Below, in pieces: positions 47,861 to 58,529 of a DNA stretch of 64,000 nucleotides. Source of the stretch: Opitutus sp. GAS368 (GTDB lineage: Bacteria; Verrucomicrobiota; Verrucomicrobiia; Opitutales; Opitutaceae); assembly GCA_945861645.1 (NCBI GenBank), contig CAMAVZ010000007.1:1-64000 (forward strand), read 5' to 3'. Under the pieces are notes generated by a model. That model saw nothing but the letters and a program-made list of their open reading frames with translations, did no database searches and had not been told where the DNA came from. The stretch's first letter is position 1. Each line of letters begins with the position of its first letter. The position numbers were made by a program, and so were the translations under genes.

Positions 47861-49402
47861 ATGGCGGAAGAATCACGGCATCCTTTTTTGCATGGTCTGA
47901 GCAAGCACCGCGGCTCGCCGCCTACCGTTATCGTTATTTTTGGGGCATCGGGGGATTTAACTGCGCGAAAATTAATTCCGGCTATTTACAATCTTGCCCA
48001 CGATGGACTGCTGCCGGCAGATTTTTATTTGATCGGGATTGGGCGAAAGCCTATATCAGATAAGGAATTTCAGCAGATCGCGGTTGAGGCGATTAAGGAA
48101 TTTTCGCGCCGGGAGTTGAACCCTGAAGTTTGGGCCCGCCTCGCGCAACGCACGTTCTATTTGAGCGGAGGCTACGATGAAGCGGCTGCCTACGATCGGC
48201 TGACGCAGCGCATCGTGGCGCTGGAACATGAGGTCGGCCAGCCCCTGCAATCCTTGTTCTATATCTCCACGCCGCCATCGCTTTTTTCGCCAATCTTAAA
48301 AAACTTAGGAGCGAGTGGGCTGGCGGCACGCTACGCGCAGCGAGCGCAGCGGACGAAAGTGATCATCGAAAAACCTTTTGGCCGTGATCTCACTAGTGCC
48401 CAGGCGCTCAATCAGGAGCTGACGACGGTATTCACTGAAGCTCAAGTCTTCCGGATCGACCATTACCTCGGCAAGGAAACGGTGCAGGATTTGCTCGTGC
48501 AGCGCTTCGCTAATTCGATTTTTGAGCCGCTCTGGAATCGCCATTATATTGAATCAGTGCAGATCACCGTTGCAGAAGAGGTGGGGGTTGGTTCCCGTGC
48601 TGGCTATTATGAGCAGAGCGGATGTTTGCGCGATATGATCCAGAATCATACGCTGCAACTCCTCGCGTTAATGGCGATGGAGCCTCCCGTCTCTTTTGAC
48701 CCCGAATCGATTCGCGACGAAAAAGTAAAATTGCTCGCGGCCATTCAGCCGCTGCAACTCGGCGGCGACGCTCCGGACGTGGCTCGCGCTCAATATGCGG
48801 CGGGCATGATTGCCGGTGAGGCCGTGCCGGGCTATCTTGCCGAGCCGGCCGTGCCGGCTAACTCGGCCACCGAAACTTACGCGGCCCTGCGCTTAAGTAT
48901 TAACAACGCGCGCTGGGCGGGCGTGCCATTTTACTTGCGATCAGGCAAGCGCTTGGCCCGGCGCGTTAGCGAAATTTCTATTCGTTTCAAACGCGCCCCA
49001 GGAAATATTTTTGCCGAGACGGAGCGCTTCCACCTCGCGCCCAACACGCTCTCTTTTCAAATTCAACCGGATGAGGGGTTAAGTCTCATCCTAAATGCTA
49101 AGGTTCCCGGTTTGGAGACGCGGACGCAGCCGGTGAAGATGAATTTTCGCTACGCCACTACTTTTGGCTCGAACACCCCAGAGGCTTACGAGCGCCTCGT
49201 GCTTGATGCTATGATTGGTGATGGGACCCTCTTCATCCGGGGTGATGAAACTGAACGCTCGTGGCAATTGATTACTCCGCTGCTCGCTTATTGGGCGCAG
49301 CAGGGGCGCGCCGGCCTCGAGGCTTATCCGGCTGGATCATGGGGCCCGGCGAACGCCGCTGCCTTGCTGCAGGCTAACGGCCATACCTGGAGAGAGCCGT
49401 GA
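47861..49402 (+). CDS. zwf: Glucose-6-phosphate 1-dehydrogenase
   Basis: IFGASGDL..RKL.PA, IEKPFG.D, RIDHYLGKE, DMIQNH, RWAGVPFYLRSGK, EAYERL. Confidence 0.97.
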   Translation: MAEESRHPFLHGLSKHRGSPPTVIVIFGASGDLTARKLIPAIYNLAHDGLLPADFYLIGIGRKPISDKEFQQIAVEAIKEFSRRELNPEVWARLAQRTFYLSGGYDEAAAYDRLTQRIVALEHEVGQPLQSLFYISTPPSLFSPILKNLGASGLAARYAQRAQRTKVIIEKPFGRDLTSAQALNQELTTVFTEAQVFRIDHYLGKETVQDLLVQRFANSIFEPLWNRHYIESVQITVAEEVGVGSRAGYYEQSGCLRDMIQNHTLQLLALMAMEPPVSFDPESIRDEKVKLLAAIQPLQLGGDAPDVARAQYAAGMIAGEAVPGYLAEPAVPANSATETYAALRLSINNARWAGVPFYLRSGKRLARRVSEISIRFKRAPGNIFAETERFHLAPNTLSFQIQPDEGLSLILNAKVPGLETRTQPVKMNFRYATTFGSNTPEAYERLVLDAMIGDGTLFIRGDETERSWQLITPLLAYWAQQGRAGLEAYPAGSWGPANAAALLQANGHTWREP

Positions 49403-49519
49403 GCGCAGGAAAGCTTGCCGCCCCTTCGCTGCGTGAGTCGGTTTTCCTCGCGGCGGCCCCGCGGCCACCGGATTTTTTTTGCGCCCTCAAATTCGCCCCT
49501 CCTTATTTTATTTCTGACG

Positions 49520-50485
49520 ATGCCTGCTTGCTTTAATGCCTTGCCGGGGATGGAGGTTCCCGTTGGCGCCATCGCTCGGGGATTTGATCAACTCTGGGCT
49601 GAGCCTAACGTGAGTGAGCAAAAGGCGCTACAGCTCAATCTCGTGCTGCATTTAGGCGTCGCTACTACGCCTACTGATGCCGTTAAGCAGTTCGCCGTCG
49701 CCCAACGCTTCGCGCAGCGCTACCCGTGTCGGGTTGTCGTGTTATGTCCGACTGAATCGGCCGAAAGTCCGCTCAAAATTAGGGCTAAAATTTACGGGGA
49801 ATGTTTTTTTGGAAAAGCCAAAGATGATACGCGCTGCGTCGAATTTGTCGCCCTGAGTTACCCGCCTGCCGCCAAAGCTTATTTGCAGGATCAAGTGTCC
49901 GTGTGTCTCGCAACTGACCTGCCCCTTTATTATTGGGCGCATCGCTTTGCTGCCAGCAAACAGATGAGCGATTACCAATATTTACTCACGCGGGCGCAGC
50001 GGGTGATATTCGACAGCGCCATCGTTTCACCCGACGCGCTGAGCTTGGCCTGGCCCAATCTTTCGGCCGTCCGTGACCTCGCTTACACCCGTACGCTGTC
50101 GCTGCGCCAGAATCTCGGTCAATATCTTAGCCGTTATGCCCCGGAACTGATAATCACCGGATTGCGATCAGTCACCATTCGGCATCGGGGGTCGCTGTCC
50201 GCTGAGGCAAATTGTTTGCTGCATTGGGTTAGAAAAGGGCTCGGGCGTTCTGGGGCGAGTGGCAATACCGCGCTTATTTTCACCGTGCAGCCGCTCGCGA
50301 GTGCGGGTGGTCTTTCCCTCGAATTTACGTACGCCACTTCCGAGAAAATGTTCCGCTGGACGGCTGATTTGGATAAAAATTGCGCTGAATTCACGAGTGA
50401 TCTTGGTCCAAGTCCATCCACCCAGATCGTCGGCGCGTACTTGTTATCCCCCGAGTTGGCGTTGAGTGAGGCTATGTTTTACTGA
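49520..50485 (+). CDS. opcA: OpcA-like G6PD assembly/effector protein
   Basis: Directly after zwf; LNLVL, YPCRVVVL, DLPLYYW, RVIFDS, RDLAYTR match the OpcA pattern. Start moved to ATG 49520. Confidence 0.78.
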   Translation: MPACFNALPGMEVPVGAIARGFDQLWAEPNVSEQKALQLNLVLHLGVATTPTDAVKQFAVAQRFAQRYPCRVVVLCPTESAESPLKIRAKIYGECFFGKAKDDTRCVEFVALSYPPAAKAYLQDQVSVCLATDLPLYYWAHRFAASKQMSDYQYLLTRAQRVIFDSAIVSPDALSLAWPNLSAVRDLAYTRTLSLRQNLGQYLSRYAPELIITGLRSVTIRHRGSLSAEANCLLHWVRKGLGRSGASGNTALIFTVQPLASAGGLSLEFTYATSEKMFRWTADLDKNCAEFTSDLGPSPSTQIVGAYLLSPELALSEAMFY

Positions 50486-50736
50486 TCGGGGCTAACCGCC
50501 CGCCCGGTGCGATGAGGGGCTAGTCTTCTGGCCAGCCGCGAAAGCGGCTGGATTCAGCGACTGCCGCACTGGCCAATCCCAGAGTTCGGGCCTAACCGTA
50601 TAATCGTCTAAAATAATTCTGCCGGTGACTACCGTGGGCGCGGAAGTAGGCTGCCGCGATTGTTACAAAAGGGTAGGCGATGCGGCCGCGGCGCCGCCAG
50701 TTACCTTGCGCTAAGAGATTGGTCCCCAGCGGAACT

Positions 50737-52020
50737 TTAGTCGGTTACCTTCAGCACCACGTAACTTTTTTTGCCTTTGCGCAGGAGGAGATATTTTCCA
50801 AACAGCAAATCACTCGCAGTGACGAGCTTCGTATGGTCAGCCACCCGGATGTTATTTAAATAAATGCCACCCGCTTCGAGGTCCTTCCGGGCGGCGCCTT
50901 TGGAAGGGGCTAAGCCAGCTAGGACAATCAGCTCAGTCATAGCTATCCCCGGGGCGGCGAGCGTATCTTTGGCCAGCTCTTTCGTCGGCACTTCGCCGAC
51001 GATATCTTGAAACAGAGCGGCGTTGATCCCCTCGAGCGATCCACCGAAAAGAATTTCCGTCGCCTTTAAGGCCGTGGCGACGGCCTCCGCGCCGTGCACG
51101 AGCGTGGTCATGGCTTGCGCTAAAGATTTTTGGGCAACGCGTCCGCCTGGATTAGCTTTAAGTTCGCTCTCGAGTGCAGCGATCTCCGCTGGCGCAAGAA
51201 AAGTCAGCGTCTTGAGCAGCTTGACCACATCAGCGTCGTCCGTGTTGACGAAAAATTGGTAGAAACGATAGGGACTGGTTTTTTTGGGATCCAGCCAGAC
51301 TGTTCCCGTGGCGGTTTTCCCATATTTGGAGCCATCCGCTTTCGTCAGCAGAGGGAACACGAGGCCCCAGACGGTCGCGCCAAGTTTTTTGCGAGTCAGT
51401 TCCGTCCCAACGGTAATATTGCCCCACTGGTCCGTGGCGCCGACTTGCAGCTCACAGTTAAAAACTTTTTTGAGGTGCTGAAAATCAAAGCCCTGCAGCA
51501 GCATGTAGCTGAATTCGGTAAAGCTGATTCCGGTACTCCGATCTTCCATGCGCGATCGGACAGAATCCTTGGCGATCATGGAATTAACCGTGAGGTGCTT
51601 GCCGATATCGCGAAGGAATTCGAGAAAAGTCACTTGGCCGGTCCAGTCATAATTATTGACGACGCGGGCCGGGTTATGCGCGCCGGTGAAATCCAGGAAG
51701 CGTGCTAGCTGAGGTTTTATGCACGCCAGATTATGCTCCAGTTGGGCGGCGGTCTGCAGGTTACGCTCATCTGATTTTCCTGAAGGATCGCCGACCATAC
51801 CGGTGGCGCCACCGGCAAGGGCGATCGGATGGTGCCCGTGCTGCTGAAAGCGCCGCAACGCTAGGAGCGGGACGAGGTTGCCAACATGCAAGGAATCGGC
51901 GGTGGGATCAAAACCGCAATAGAGCGTGATGGGGCCTTCGGCTAAGCGCTTCGCGAGCGCCTCGCGGTCAGTGCAGTCGGCGTAGAGGCCTCGCCATTCG
52001 AGTTCGTCCAAAATCGTCAT
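50737..52020 (-). CDS. tyrS: Tyrosine--tRNA ligase
   Basis: YCGFDPTADSLHVGN, EFSYMLLQGFDF, DQWGNI, KYGKT, S4-like C-terminus LRKGKK. Confidence 0.97.
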   Translation of the reverse strand: MTILDELEWRGLYADCTDREALAKRLAEGPITLYCGFDPTADSLHVGNLVPLLALRRFQQHGHHPIALAGGATGMVGDPSGKSDERNLQTAAQLEHNLACIKPQLARFLDFTGAHNPARVVNNYDWTGQVTFLEFLRDIGKHLTVNSMIAKDSVRSRMEDRSTGISFTEFSYMLLQGFDFQHLKKVFNCELQVGATDQWGNITVGTELTRKKLGATVWGLVFPLLTKADGSKYGKTATGTVWLDPKKTSPYRFYQFFVNTDDADVVKLLKTLTFLAPAEIAALESELKANPGGRVAQKSLAQAMTTLVHGAEAVATALKATEILFGGSLEGINAALFQDIVGEVPTKELAKDTLAAPGIAMTELIVLAGLAPSKGAARKDLEAGGIYLNNIRVADHTKLVTASDLLFGKYLLLRKGKKSYVVLKVTD

Positions 52021-52256
52021 GGAATGCTCGTTGTTATCAGCGGCGGTGATCGGAGTGGCAAGGGGGATTTCTGGACGTTGCTGGGTCGCTAGACCGAGCG
52101 GTTATACTAGTAGAACTTATACGCGACCTGCTTGTTTTATTAACTACCTTCATAACTACCTAAAATGGGTTGCCGGCCAGAGGTGGGTGGTATTAGTATT
52201 TTGTTCCACGCGACGGGTCGCCGTCGTTCAACCATCATTCACTAATCCTCTTCTCT

Positions 52257-52730
52257 ATGCCTATTGCCATCGGTGCCAAAGCCCCAGATTTCACCCTTAA
52301 GTCCAAAGCCGCAGATGGTCTTAAAGACATCACGCTCAGTGCTAATTTCGGCCAGAAGCAGACCGTTCTCCTTTTCTTCCCCTTAGCCTTCACGGGGGTC
52401 TGCACGCAGGAAATGTGCGACGTCACCAGTGGCTTATCAGCCTATGCCAGTCTCGGGGCCGACGTGATTGCGATCAGTGTAGACAGTCCCTTCGCTCAAG
52501 AAGCTTGGGCGAAAACTAATAAAATTACGGTCACGATCGTCAGCGACCTCAATAAAACGGTTACGAAGGCTTATGATGTGCTCTTCCCGATGCTCGCTGG
52601 CGTGGGTGATACTTCCGCGCGCGCGGCCTTCGTTATCGGCAAGGATGGGGTGGTAAAATATGCGGAGCAGACCGCGACGCCGAAGGATTTACCAAACTTT
52701 GCTGCCGTTAAAGCCGCCCTGGCCCAGTAA
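52257..52730 (+). CDS. Peroxiredoxin (AhpC/TSA; AhpE/BCP-like)
   Basis: GAKAPDFTL, FFPLAFTGVCTQEMC (PxxxTxxC), ISVDS, RAAFVI. Confidence 0.92.
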   Translation: MPIAIGAKAPDFTLKSKAADGLKDITLSANFGQKQTVLLFFPLAFTGVCTQEMCDVTSGLSAYASLGADVIAISVDSPFAQEAWAKTNKITVTIVSDLNKTVTKAYDVLFPMLAGVGDTSARAAFVIGKDGVVKYAEQTATPKDLPNFAAVKAALAQ

Positions 52731-52823
52731 TTTATAGGGCCGAGTCTGCTGGTTCGCGCTGCTTGATGCTAGCCAGCAGCTCGTCCCTGATCCGCTTCCG
52801 TCATCCGCCTAGAGCAATTTTTC

Positions 52824-55502
52824 ATGAGCAATCCGCCTAATCCGTTTAATACCTTACAGACTTTTGCCAACGGCAAGCGCTTCTACTCGTTGCCGGCACT
52901 TGAGCAAGCGGGTTTCCCGATTGCTCGTTTACCGGTGAGCATTCGCCTCGTCCTTGAGGCGGTGTTGCGGAACTGCGATGGGCAGCGCGTCTTGGAGTCA
53001 AATATCCGCGAACTCGCCGCGTGGAAACCCACGGAGCCTCGGACCGCCGAAATTCCCTTCGTGGTCGCGCGGATTGTGCTCCAAGATTTTACTGGAGTGC
53101 CCTTGCTCGTTGATCTGGCCGCGATGCGCTCGGCGGTCGCTAAGTTGGGCAAAAATCCTAAAATTATTGAACCACTCGTGCCAGTTGACCTCGTCGTTGA
53201 CCACTCGGTGCAAGTCGATTTTTCCGGTAGTGCTACGGCCCTCGCCCAGAATCTTGATTTGGAATTTACCCGAAATCGTGAGCGCTATGAATTTTTGAAA
53301 TGGGGCATGCAGGCCTTCGAAACTTTTAAGGTTGTGCCGCCCGGCATCGGGATCGTGCATCAAGTGAATCTTGAATATCTCGCGCAAGGCGTGCTCAGCC
53401 AAGGTGACGTCTACTATCCTGATACGCTCGTCGGCACCGATTCGCATACGACCATGATTAATGGTCTTGGCATTGTGGGTTGGGGCGTTGGCGGAATTGA
53501 AGCGGAAGCCGGCATGCTCGGTCAGCCCGTTTATTTTCTCACGCCCGATGTGGTGGGCGTCTATCTGACGGGCGCACTCAAGGAAGGGGTGACCGCAACC
53601 GATCTCGCGCTGACCGTCACGCAGGTGATGCGCAAGGCCAAGGTGGTCGGCAAGTTCGTCGAATTTTATGGCCCCGGCGCCGCGGCGCTACCAGTGGTCG
53701 ATCGCGCGATGATTGCCAATATGGCGCCAGAATACGGCGCCACGATGGGCTTCTTCCCCATTGATGAAGAGTGCAGCAATTTCCTCCGGGCGACGGGACG
53801 AACGGATGCCCAGATAGCCACCTACGAAGCTTATTATAAGGCGCAGGGCCTTTGGGGTATTCCCGCGCGGGGAGCGATCGATTACTCGCAGGTCATCGAA
53901 CTCGACCTCGGCGCCGTGGTGCCGAGTGTCGCTGGTCCGAAGCGGCCGCAAGATCGCATTGAGTTAAAAAATCTTAAGCAGGAATTTATCAGCGCCTTCT
54001 CTAAGCCCATCACTGAAGCTGGCTTTGGCAAAAAAGCCGAAGATTTCACGACGGTCAGCGCTCAAGTGAACGGTCAGAAGGTTGGCCATGGTTCGGTCCT
54101 AATCGCGGCCATCACGAGCTGCACTAATACGTCCAACCCGAGCGTGATGCTCGCGGCTGGTTTACTGGCGAAAAAGGCGGTCGCCAAGGGACTCAAGGTA
54201 AATCCTGCCGTAAAGTCGTCACTGGCGCCTGGCTCACGAGTGGTGACCGATTATCTTAACAAGACGGGCTTGACCCCTTATCTCGACCAACTCGGCTTCC
54301 AGACGGTCGGCTACGGTTGCACCACTTGCATCGGCAATTCTGGACCTCTCGTGGCCGCCATTGAGGAGGCGGTAGTTAAGCATGACCTCGTGGCGGCCTC
54401 TGTGCTTTCTGGTAATCGTAATTTTGAGGCCCGCGTGCATCAAAATATTAAGGCTAATTTCTTGATGTCGCCGCCCCTCGTCGTGGCTTTCGCGCTCGCC
54501 GGGCGAGTTGATATTGACATGGCCCATGAGCCGATTGGGCAAGATCAGGCCGGGACGAATGTTTATCTTAAAGATTTATGGCCGACGCTGCAGGAGGTGC
54601 GCGACCAGATGGCGGCGGCGCTCAAACCAGAAGTCTTCCGTCGACTCTACACTGATTTTGCGGCGCAAAATCCAAAGTGGAATGAAATTCCTGCGACCAC
54701 GGGTAATGTCTACGTTTTTGCGGCTGCTTCCACTTATATTCAGGAGCCGCCGTTTTTTACTCATTTTTCGATGCAGCCGGGGCGGATCGCCGAAATTAAA
54801 AGCGCCCGCGCTCTCGGTATTTTTGGTGATAGCGTAACGACCGACCATATTTCACCAGCGGGCGCGATTAAGCAGCATTCGCCGGCGGGCCAATATTTAT
54901 TGGCGAACGGCGTCACCTTCGAGAATTTCAATAGCTACGGCTCACGCCGCGGCAATGATCGCGTGATGACGCGCGGCACGTTTGCGAACGTCCGCATTAA
55001 AAATCTAATGTTGGGTGGTGAAGAGGGGGGCAATACCATTGGGCCGGATGGCGCCAAAACTTCCATCTACGACGCCTCGATGGCTTACCAGAAAGCGGGC
55101 ACCCCTCTCATCATCCTGGCTGGACAAGAATACGGCACGGGTTCGTCGCGGGATTGGGCGGCCAAGGGCACCAACTTGCTGGGGGTGAAAGTTGTCGTGG
55201 CGCAAAGTTTTGAGCGGATTCACCGTTCGAACTTAGTTGGCATGGGGGTTTTGCCCCTGCAATTTAAGGAGGGCACCACGGCGCAAACCCTCAAGCTTGA
55301 TGGCACTGAAAGCTACGACGTCGTGGGTCTGACCGCGGCGATCAAACCGCAGCAAGATCTGAATCTTAAAATTACTCGGCGAGATGGTACGGTAGAAGAT
55401 GTTGCCGTGCGGTGTCGCATCGATACGCCAATCGAAATTGAATATTATCAACACGGGGGAATTTTACCCTACGTGCTGCGCCAGATTGTAGCGAAGAATT
55501 AA
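52824..55502 (+). CDS. acnA: Aconitate hydratase AcnA
   Basis: [66 protein letters not shown]. Confidence 0.97.
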   Translation: MSNPPNPFNTLQTFANGKRFYSLPALEQAGFPIARLPVSIRLVLEAVLRNCDGQRVLESNIRELAAWKPTEPRTAEIPFVVARIVLQDFTGVPLLVDLAAMRSAVAKLGKNPKIIEPLVPVDLVVDHSVQVDFSGSATALAQNLDLEFTRNRERYEFLKWGMQAFETFKVVPPGIGIVHQVNLEYLAQGVLSQGDVYYPDTLVGTDSHTTMINGLGIVGWGVGGIEAEAGMLGQPVYFLTPDVVGVYLTGALKEGVTATDLALTVTQVMRKAKVVGKFVEFYGPGAAALPVVDRAMIANMAPEYGATMGFFPIDEECSNFLRATGRTDAQIATYEAYYKAQGLWGIPARGAIDYSQVIELDLGAVVPSVAGPKRPQDRIELKNLKQEFISAFSKPITEAGFGKKAEDFTTVSAQVNGQKVGHGSVLIAAITSCTNTSNPSVMLAAGLLAKKAVAKGLKVNPAVKSSLAPGSRVVTDYLNKTGLTPYLDQLGFQTVGYGCTTCIGNSGPLVAAIEEAVVKHDLVAASVLSGNRNFEARVHQNIKANFLMSPPLVVAFALAGRVDIDMAHEPIGQDQAGTNVYLKDLWPTLQEVRDQMAAALKPEVFRRLYTDFAAQNPKWNEIPATTGNVYVFAAASTYIQEPPFFTHFSMQPGRIAEIKSARALGIFGDSVTTDHISPAGAIKQHSPAGQYLLANGVTFENFNSYGSRRGNDRVMTRGTFANVRIKNLMLGGEEGGNTIGPDGAKTSIYDASMAYQKAGTPLIILAGQEYGTGSSRDWAAKGTNLLGVKVVVAQSFERIHRSNLVGMGVLPLQFKEGTTAQTLKLDGTESYDVVGLTAAIKPQQDLNLKITRRDGTVEDVAVRCRIDTPIEIEYYQHGGILPYVLRQIVAKN

Positions 55503-55627
55503 ATAGGGTCGGGTGGCCGGATTATCCCCGCGTCCACTGCCTTAGCTAGCGGCACTGCCTCCGCTCGCTCTAGCTCTGTGCAAATCCCGTTTGCGTTCAC
55601 CTTTTTAGTCACCATCGTTTAGTTTAC

Positions 55628-56875
55628 ATGCCTTCGACTAGCCCAACGACCCCGCTCGGTGTTTTGCCTCCCTCGGTGGGCCCCGCGCATTTGCCGGATG
55701 CCGCGGGACACTTCGGGCCTTACGGCGGCGTCTTTGTCCCTGAAACTCTCATGACAGCGCTGGCTGAACTTACGGCGGTCTATGAGCAGGCCCGGGAAGA
55801 TCCAGTTTTTCAGAATGAGTTGGCTCATCATCTCAAGGAATTTGCGGGACGTCCCACGGAGCTTTATTTAGCGGAGCGGCTGACGCAGCATTGTGGCGGC
55901 GCGAAAATATATTTTAAGCGGGAGGATCTCTTGCACACCGGCGCGCATAAAATTAATAATGCGCTCGGCCAAGCTTTGCTCGCGAAGCGGATGGGTAAAA
56001 AAAGAATCATTGCCGAGACCGGAGCGGGCCAGCACGGCGTAGCGACCGCGGCCGTATGTGCAAAATTCGGCTTAGAATGCACGGTTTACATGGGCTCGGT
56101 CGATATGGCGCGCCAAGCCTTGAATGTTTTTCGGATGCGCTTGATGGGCGCTCAGGTCGTCGCCGTTGAAGCGGGTCAGAAGACGCTCAAAGACGCCGTT
56201 AATGAGGCGATGCGCGATTGGGTCACCAATGTTCGCGATACCCACTACATTCTAGGCTCCGCGCTCGGATCGCACCCGTATCCGATGATGGTGCGAGATT
56301 TTCACCGCGTGATTGGTCGCGAATTGCGGGTGCAACTTCTAGCGCGCGAAGGGCGTCTCCCCGATGAATTGGTGGCCTGTGTTGGTGGGGGGAGTAATGC
56401 GATGGGCTGTTTTTTTGATTTTCTTGAAGATAAAGCAGTCAAATTAACCGGCGTCGAAGCCGGCGGACGCGGCATCGTGCGCGGCGAGCACGCCGCCCGA
56501 TTTGAAGGGGGCAAGCTCGGCGTACTGCAGGGCAGCAAGACTTACATTTTACAAAATCCTGACGGCCAGATCGAGTTGACGCACTCAGTGAGCGCCGGGC
56601 TGGACTATGCGGCCATCGGACCTGAGCACGCTTATTATCGGGACCAAGGCCGGATTGGTTACGCTTACGCCACCGATGATGAGGTTATGGCAGCTTTTCA
56701 GCTTTGCTCCCGTTTGGAGGGGATTATTCCCGCGCTCGAGTCCACCCACGCTTTAGTTTATGGTCTAAAGCGCGCCAAAGAGATGCAGCCGGAGCAAATT
56801 CTAGTGATTAATCTCAGCGGGCGCGGCGACAAGGATGTCCAACAAGTTGCCGCGCTCCTCGCGGCGAGCAAATAG
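55628..56875 (+). CDS. trpB: Tryptophan synthase beta chain
   Basis: [52 protein letters not shown]. Confidence 0.97.
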   Translation: MPSTSPTTPLGVLPPSVGPAHLPDAAGHFGPYGGVFVPETLMTALAELTAVYEQAREDPVFQNELAHHLKEFAGRPTELYLAERLTQHCGGAKIYFKREDLLHTGAHKINNALGQALLAKRMGKKRIIAETGAGQHGVATAAVCAKFGLECTVYMGSVDMARQALNVFRMRLMGAQVVAVEAGQKTLKDAVNEAMRDWVTNVRDTHYILGSALGSHPYPMMVRDFHRVIGRELRVQLLAREGRLPDELVACVGGGSNAMGCFFDFLEDKAVKLTGVEAGGRGIVRGEHAARFEGGKLGVLQGSKTYILQNPDGQIELTHSVSAGLDYAAIGPEHAYYRDQGRIGYAYATDDEVMAAFQLCSRLEGIIPALESTHALVYGLKRAKEMQPEQILVINLSGRGDKDVQQVAALLAASK

Positions 56876-57031
56876 TTAGAGAAAAACTCCAAGGCTCGAC
56901 TGATCGGATGCGTGGACTCTGCCGTGGGCTTTTGATCGCGTGGCTCCCTTAGAAAGTCGGCGAACCTTGAAAGTAGCGTAAGGGGTGGCCTGGTCTTGCC
57001 TCTGGGCCGCTGTTGGCCGTTACTTCTGATC

Positions 57032-57901
57032 ATGAATTCCATGACTGGCTATGGGCGGGCGACCGCTTCTCTGGGTAACCTGACCTTGACCGTGCAGATC
57101 AACTCGGTGAATCGCCGTGGGCTCGATTTGACGCTGAAGCTGCCAGATGAATGGCAAGCTTTTGAGTCCAGCGTGGGTGAAGCGGTCCGCAAAGTAGCCC
57201 TTCGCGGTAAGGTGCATGTCGCGGTCGAGGTAACGGGAAAAGCTACCGCCACGGCGGATTGGGATCAGGCGGCGGTCGCTACCACGCTGGAGCAGCTCGC
57301 GCTCCTGGCTCAGGCGCGGGGAATTAAATTTTCCCCAACGAGTGAATTGCTATGGCAGATTGCCAACGCGCAACGCACGAGCGCTCAGCTGCCCGCCGAC
57401 GCAGCTACGGCAAAGCTCCTCGAAAAGACGCTGGGCGAGGCGTTGCGTGGCTTTGCGGCGATGCGCGCTCGCGAGGGCGAAGCGCTCTTGGTTGATTTCA
57501 TGGGGCGTTTTGAAAAATTGCAGCTGGCCGTTGCGACGATTGCGCATCGGGCGCCGCTCGTACCGGTCGCTTATCGCGATCTCTTGTTACAGCGATTGCG
57601 TCAGCTTGAGCTGACGCTCGACATTACCGATGAGCGCGTACTCAAGGAGGTCGCTTTATTTGCTGATCGGTGCGATGTGACGGAAGAAATCACTCGCCTG
57701 CGGAGTCATTTCACTCAGTTCATCGAGTTGCTCCGCGCGGCGGGTGAAGTGGGCCGAAAAGCTGAATTCATTCTACAGGAAATTGGGCGAGAAATTCACA
57801 CGATCGGCAGTAAGGCTAATGACCTAGCGGTTTCGCGTCAGGTGATTGAGTTTAAAAATGAACTTGAGCGCGTCCGGGAGCAAATGGCTAACGTCGAGTA
57901 A
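57032..57901 (+). CDS. yicC: YicC/YloC family endoribonuclease
   Basis: MNSMTGYG, SVNRR.LD, DVTEEITRL.SH, GRK.EF..QE..RE..TIGSK, EQMANVE. Start moved to ATG 57032. Confidence 0.93.
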   Translation: MNSMTGYGRATASLGNLTLTVQINSVNRRGLDLTLKLPDEWQAFESSVGEAVRKVALRGKVHVAVEVTGKATATADWDQAAVATTLEQLALLAQARGIKFSPTSELLWQIANAQRTSAQLPADAATAKLLEKTLGEALRGFAAMRAREGEALLVDFMGRFEKLQLAVATIAHRAPLVPVAYRDLLLQRLRQLELTLDITDERVLKEVALFADRCDVTEEITRLRSHFTQFIELLRAAGEVGRKAEFILQEIGREIHTIGSKANDLAVSRQVIEFKNELERVREQMANVE

Positions 57902-57957
57902 GCGGCGCTGTTTTGCGGCTGATTCATTCGAACCCCGTCGCTTGACCGCGGGACTAC

Positions 57958-58503
57958 TTACTCTGCTCGGCCGAGAGCTGGCTGCCGAATCGACCAGAGA
58001 ATATACCAAAAAACTCCCACGCAGATCGCGGAGTCGGCTACGTTGAATGTTGGATAGATATACGTTCCAAAGTGGAGATCGATGAAATCGATAACGTATT
58101 GATAAACGAGCCGGTCGATAAGATTCCCGCTAATCCCACCACAGAGGAGGCCAAAAATTAATTGGCCCGTGGGCTCGCTTAAACCGAGGGCCTGGCGCCA
58201 GACGAAAATAGCGACCAGCGTAGCGGCTGCCACTAACGCCAGTACCGTACTTTGGCCCGCAAACATACTCCAAGCCGCCCCCGTATTGCCGACGTGAACT
58301 AAATTAAAGAAGCCGGGAAAGATAGGGATTCCCGCAGACCCGTAACTACCCAAGGGCAGTCGCGTGTTGATCCAATATTTTGTTAATTGGTCGAGGGCTA
58401 AGATGAGTCCGCCCAACAGCCAAAATCTTCGATAACTGATTCCGCGCAGTAAGAGCGAGGCGGGTTCCTCGCGGTTATCGTCCTGGCTAGGCTGCGCCGA
58501 CAT
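57958..58503 (-). CDS. lspA: Signal peptidase II
   Basis: LDQLTK, NTGAAWS, GNLIDR...VIDFI, PTFNVADSAI. Confidence 0.95.
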   Translation of the reverse strand: MSAQPSQDDNREEPASLLLRGISYRRFWLLGGLILALDQLTKYWINTRLPLGSYGSAGIPIFPGFFNLVHVGNTGAAWSMFAGQSTVLALVAAATLVAIFVWRQALGLSEPTGQLIFGLLCGGISGNLIDRLVYQYVIDFIDLHFGTYIYPTFNVADSAICVGVFWYILWSIRQPALGRAE

Positions 58504-58529
58504 TGCGTGAAATTCTAGCGACTGGCGGC

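Noticed and set aside
50506-50551. Hammerhead ribozyme (GATGA...GAAA)
   Set aside because: The core CUGAUGA is not intact (GCGATGA) and the three-stem arrangement cannot be built.
51130-51708. 192-aa plus-strand ORF
   Set aside because: Antisense to tyrS with no independent motif.
52021-52256. T-box leader for tyrS
   Set aside because: No T-box consensus (AAGGTGGxACC-like) or terminator on the minus strand upstream of tyrS.
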